Part shown: positions 58,800 through 64,000 of the stretch, one piece after another
How positions within the stretch are numbered: the stretch's first letter is position 1
How the letters are laid out: every line of letters starts with the position of its first letter
Assembly (NCBI GenBank): GCA_002104945.1
Contig: MCFH01000006.1
Span: forward strand, 434,001 to 498,000
DNA: 64,000 nt
Direction: 5' to 3'
DNA from: Piromyces finnis finn
Lineage: Eukaryota; Fungi; Neocallimastigomycota
The notes under the pieces: model-generated
Database searches by the model: none
Seen by the model: only the letters and a program-made list of their open reading frames with translations
What the model was told of the DNA's origin: nothing
Program-made: the position numbers and the translations under genes

Positions 58800-61700
58800 A
58801 TGGATTACAATTTATTCAAAGGCCCTTCTCTCAATGGATCCAACTTTAACGCCTGGTACAACCGTACCAAGAATACTTTGACTGCATTTCAACTTAGTCA
58901 ATATATTGAATCTGACGTCATTAATAATTTAAAGAAAAATAATACTACTCCGGATGTTTTAAACAATGCCAGAATCGAAAATGCCAAAGCCCTCGGTATC
59001 ATTTATGGAAGTATAGATGACAACATTCATAACTACCTAAGAGGACTTAATACAGCTTATGAAGTCATGAACAAGTTAACTAAACTGTTTAAACAAGACG
59101 ATGCTGTAAACCTTGAAGCCTGGTTAAATAAGATTAACAATATGAAGGCTAGAAATGAAAAAGAAATTATAAAAACTCTGAGCAATATGATGGAACTTTT
59201 TAGATTAATGGAATCAAATAATTCAAAACTTACCGAAACAGAAAAAATGCGGTACATGTATAACTCATTACCCAGCAATATTAGAAATATTATAATCCTA
59301 TCAAACACTTACAATACTTCATCAGAATTATTCAACTCTATCAAAGAAAGAATTAAAACTATGAACCATGCCGATGAAATAACACCTCCAAAAATATTTA
59401 TAAATAGTGAAGATAAAATGGATATCGATTACCTTGATAAATTTTTCCATAAAAATAAAAATAATAATTTTAGAAAGGATTTTAAACAAAATAAATACTG
59501 CGATATTTGCAAAAAGAATAATCACAATACTGAAAACTGCTACTATAATTCAAAAAATAATAATAATAGAAAATCAAGCCACAATACAAGAAGGTCAAGC
59601 CACAAATCATACCACAATAGTCAATATAATAAATTTAATGGAAAAGTAAACAATATCTCATACGATATTAACAAGCAAAATATTAATAATTACAATGATA
59701 ATTTTACACTAGATGAACTTAGACCGATACTAGAAAAACACAATATAAATTCCATTCAAATAAACAATGGTTTAAATAAGAATATAAATAAATATCATAC
59801 ATGTTGGATATACGATACAGGTGCGTCAGAACATGTTACAAATAATAAAAATATCCTCAAGAATTTTCGCTATAAGAAAATTAAAATGAACTGTGCTAAC
59901 AATACAGTATGCTACTTTGATGGATTCGGTACATACGAAGGATATATAAATAATTATCCGATAAAATTAGCCAACGTATACTATTCTAAACAATTAAACA
60001 AAAATTTAATTAGCGGAATTAAACTTAGTAACTCTGGATTTAAAAGTACTATAAGTCAAGAAAATAATAAACCATATATCATAATTAAATCTCAAGATAA
60101 CAAGAACATTTACAAAACTTTCTCAAACAATGATAATAGCTTTCTTATTCATACTAAAAACAAAGAATTCAATTATAAGCAAATATTCAATATCAATACT
60201 TCAAATTTTAATGAAACATTATGGCATAATCGACTTGCTCATTACTATAATAAAGATCTCAAAAAATATTTAATTGATCACAATATTTCCAAAAATTTTT
60301 GTAATGAATGCAAAGCCAGCAAATTAAAAAGGAAGCCCCACAATAAAATTACTCCTAAAGCTTTCGAAATCAATGAAGTTATCCACTCAGATATTATTGG
60401 CCCACTTACCGAATCTGTTAATAAAAAGAAATATATTCTTACTTTCATTGACGATTTTTCAAGACACTCTTGGATATATCTACTTTCTTCTAAAGCTGAA
60501 GCTCCTAAAATAATTACTGAATTTTTAACCCTTATTAATAACCAATCAAATGATCACAAAGTTAAATATTTCAAAAGTGATAATGGTAAAGAATACACTA
60601 ACAAAAAGGTTATTAAATTCTGCAAAAAACATGGAATTATCAAATTATTTTCTCCTCCTTACAACCCAGAAAATAACGGAATTGCAGAAAGGTTCAACCA
60701 AACAATCATTTCTTCAACCAAAACTTTACTATATTGGAGCAAACTTAGTCTTAATTTTTGGAATTTTGCTGTACAATATTCTAATTATATTTATAATTTA
60801 GTTCCTCACCAAAGCATTTCAAATCATATTCCATACGAAATTTATAATGGTAAAAAAGCTAATATTAACCATATCAAAGTCTTTGGATGCATTTGCGAAT
60901 ACAAAATTTTTAATCAAAACAAAAATAAGTTATCACCAAATACTGCTAAAGGCATATTTTTAGGATTTAATACAAATGCGAATTCATATATAATAATGGA
61001 CTATAATAAACAAACCATACATCTGGTTAGAGAAGCCTACTTCCACGAAGATACTCCTGTAAAAGTTTTACTAAACTTATAATTTAATATTAAAATATTA
61101 AATTAAATAAAAGGTTAAAAGATAACTAGGTTAGAAAAAAAATGTTTTATTAAAATAATCTTAATTGATTTATAAATGAATAATTAAATTATGTATTATA
61201 GTTAAAATAATTCCTTTTTATTTTATTTAAAGAATATATATAATAATAAGATTATTTAATAGTAATACTTATTAAGTATTAATAAGATAATAATCTTTAC
61301 AAAGATTTAATTCATAAAACTATTCTAAACTATTTATACTATTTGTAATTTTACATTTAATAATAAAATAACTTTTCAATACATGATTATATTCATAATA
61401 TATTTTATAATACTTAAACTAAACTTAAGACTTATTCCTAATTATTAAAAAATAACTATTGTTTATAATATTCATAATATTAATTATTTCTTAATTATAA
61501 TATAATTCATTGAATATAATATTAATAATTATAATCCTCTAGTTCAAAGATTATAAATTATGTTATTGAAATAATTATTATAAAATAAAGTTAATTAGTT
61601 CCGGAAAATAATTTTAATTTAATTAAACAATAATTTTTTATACTTTGAGTGAATGATTTATGTTTGATATATCAGGGGTGATCATTCTCTGAATAAACAA

Positions 61701-64000
61701 TTAATCATTGCTAACAAAATATCTTTAAATTGGAATATCTCGTGAACCAGCAGAGATATTGACCTGATTTTAAGATATGTTGTTTGTCTCGAGCGTGGCT
61801 TTCTAACGAACTTAATTATAACCAAAACATTTTTATTCAAAAATCGTCATTCGTTGAGGAGATACGCGTGTTTTTTCTTATTCCATTTTAACGATAAGGG
61901 TTAAAGTTATTTATTATAAAAATTATTAAGGGTTAAGGTCATATTTTAACCTTTTCTAAATTTTTAAATATTTCTTAATAAAATTTTATAATTTATTTGA
62001 AAATAAAATATTTGTTGATTTTGAATTTTCATAAGTGATTTCACAATTCCAAGTGATCTTGAAATTGTAATTTCACTAGTATTCGTGACAACTCCTGCTA
62101 ACTACTCTGCTGACTCCGAATCAACAATTAAAGATCCATACGATTTTAATTCTTATGTCCCAATGGTTAATGACAGTTCTACTAAGTTCGACCCTCCAGA
62201 GTTCGATTCCGCCAACAGTACCAATTCAGAAATTTTTAATTATAACCCAATCACAAATATTTCACCTAACCCTTCAGATAATTTAAATGAATTTTCAGGT
62301 ACTACATCAAAATTTTCTGGTGAAACATCAAAAATTTTATCCAATTCAAATAATGAAAATTTTAATTTAAATAATCAAAATTTTAATAACAAAATTTCAA
62401 ATTCTGAAAATGATTATAATCTTGAAATTTCAAAAAACATTTCAAGAAATTTCTCGTCAAATAATGAGTTTAACACACCAAATGATAATTATAATGACAC
62501 AGACACATCTAATGATATCAACGTTAATTATAATAATCAAATTTCTCCAACTCCAACAAATAATGATCTCGAAACTCATGATGAATTTCTTAATACAAAT
62601 TATTTTCCTTCAAATAATTTTAATAATTCGACTCCTATCATAAAAAATAATAATTTTAATAATTTTTCAAATAATCCAACTAATTTTTACGACCAATTTT
62701 CCACATTTAATACAGATACAAATCATAAAATTCCTAAAAGAACTACCAGTCCACCTATTAATCCAAATCTCAAAAGACTTAATTCTTATTCTTACCCTAA
62801 AATTGATTCTATTTCTTCAATACATACATCAATTCCTATAACCTATCAAGATGCATTATCAAATGCTAATAGTGACAAATGGATTAATGCTATTAATGAT
62901 GAACTTAACAATCTTTATAGAAATAAAACTATGACATTCGTTAAAAATCTTCCCAAAGGTAAAAATGTTGTTACCACCAAATGGATTTTCACTATTAAAA
63001 CAGATGAAAATAATAACATTACTAAATATAAAGCACGTATTGTAGCTAGAGGTTACACACAAAAATATGGCATTGATTTTGAATTTACATACTCTCCAAC
63101 TTTAAATTTTGATATTATTAAACTTCTTCTTGCTATTTCAGCCAAATTTAAATGGAACGTTTACCAATTGGACATCAAATCTGCCTACCTCCATGCAAAT
63201 CTAGATACTGAAATTTATACAACTATTCCCGAAGGTGATAAAAACTATGGTAAAGGATTTTGGAAACTGAATAAAGCTCTATACGGACTCAAACAAAGCG
63301 GAAGACAATGGAATGAATACATTTCTACTTTTCTTATTAATCATGGATTTTCTCAATGCACTTCAGACTATTGTATTTTCTTTAAAACTTTTGATAACCA
63401 AATTTCTTGCATTATTGGACTTTATGTCGATGATATGATTATTTGTGGAACAAATCTTGAACTTATAAGTATAATCTCACAAATTAAATCGAAATTTAAA
63501 ATTTCTAACTGTCAACCTATCCATTATTTATTAGGTATTAAAATTGAAAACAATAATTTTTCTTATTCTATTTCACAAAAACATGTTATTGAAAATATTT
63601 TAGACCAATATAATCTTAATAACTGCAGATCTCGAAAAACACCATGTACTGGTGATAATGATTCTGAAAACACTAAACGATTTGATACGACTATTTACAA
63701 AAGTTTAATTGGTTCTCTTATTTATATTGCTAGATGTACAAGACCAGATATTTCTTTTGCTGTTCACAAAGCTGCTCGAAAATCTGAACAACCTACTATT
63801 TCCGACTACAACAAAGTTATAAATATTATCAAGTATCTTAAAACTACTATAGACTACAAAATTACTTATGATGGTAATGGAAAAATTATTGCATTCACTG
63901 ATGCTGATTTTGGGGGAGATAAGACGGATGGAAAATCAACATCAGGATATATAATTCTTATGGAAAATAATCCAATATGTTGGTGCTCAAATAAACAACA
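58800..64000 (+). CDS. Copia gag-pol polyprotein, split into 58800-61057 and 62096-64000
   Basis: Removing 61058-62095 restores GAT ACT CCT GCT AAC in frame. My manual translation of 62096-64000 has no stop codon up to the window edge. Confidence 0.88.
61058..62090 (-). mobile_element. Solo LTR (1033 bp), probably Ty3/gypsy-type, nested in the copia pol
   Basis: Termini TGTAAA...GTGACA, flanked by a 5-bp direct repeat ACTCC at 61053-61057 and 62091-62095. No ORF. The reverse strand begins TGTCACGA; orientation and superfamily are inferred from that start only. Confidence 0.85.

Larger units (their letters stand above)
58346..64000 (+). mobile_element. Ty1/copia LTR retrotransposon, truncated by the window edge; pol interrupted by a nested solo LTR
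   Basis: Probable 5' LTR starts TGTTAG at 58346. Gag zinc knuckle CDICKKNNHNTENC; protease WIYDTGASEH; integrase LWHNRLAH, IDDFSRH, SDNGKEY, NGIAERFN; RT YKARIVARG, LYGLKQSG, LYVDDMII; RNase H start FTDADF. Order is PR-IN-RT-RH. Confidence 0.95.

Overview
This is extremely AT-rich eukaryotic DNA with short GT-AG introns. The gene content (BBSome subunit, beta-helix/EGF/7TM receptor, AT-rich copia and LINE relics) points to an anaerobic gut fungus (Neocallimastigomycota); that is inferred, not proven. I reconstructed 16 protein-coding genes by hand across introns: a type I membrane protein, a signal-peptide-bearing LTA4H/M1 aminopeptidase, PSMG1, a small C-terminally anchored surface protein, a beta-helix/EGF class C-like GPCR, an AF0577-type radical SAM/SPASM enzyme, a TM-anchored USP30/Ubp16-like DUB, SEC2, an ADCY10-like cyclase-STAND-TPR protein, a MAPR/cytochrome b5-like protein, BBS9, a homeodomain factor, PRP16, an LRRC58-like LRR protein and an RTC5-like TLDc protein, plus the copia gag-pol. 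The window also has one tRNA-Val(CAC), a LINE RT relic, and a Ty1/copia element running off the right edge. The strongest candidate for an undescribed system is an intron-containing, prokaryote-type radical SAM/SPASM gene with no visible substrate gene. Other notable points: a 1033-bp TG...CA solo LTR with a 5-bp target-site duplication breaks an otherwise intact copia pol located just upstream of the tRNA; a 384-nt intron filled with ~290 bp of (ATAAT)n has its only clear branch point ~320 nt from the acceptor; and the LTA4H appears to be secreted or dual-targeted. Exon boundaries were read by eye and family calls come from recalled motifs; no database searches were run.
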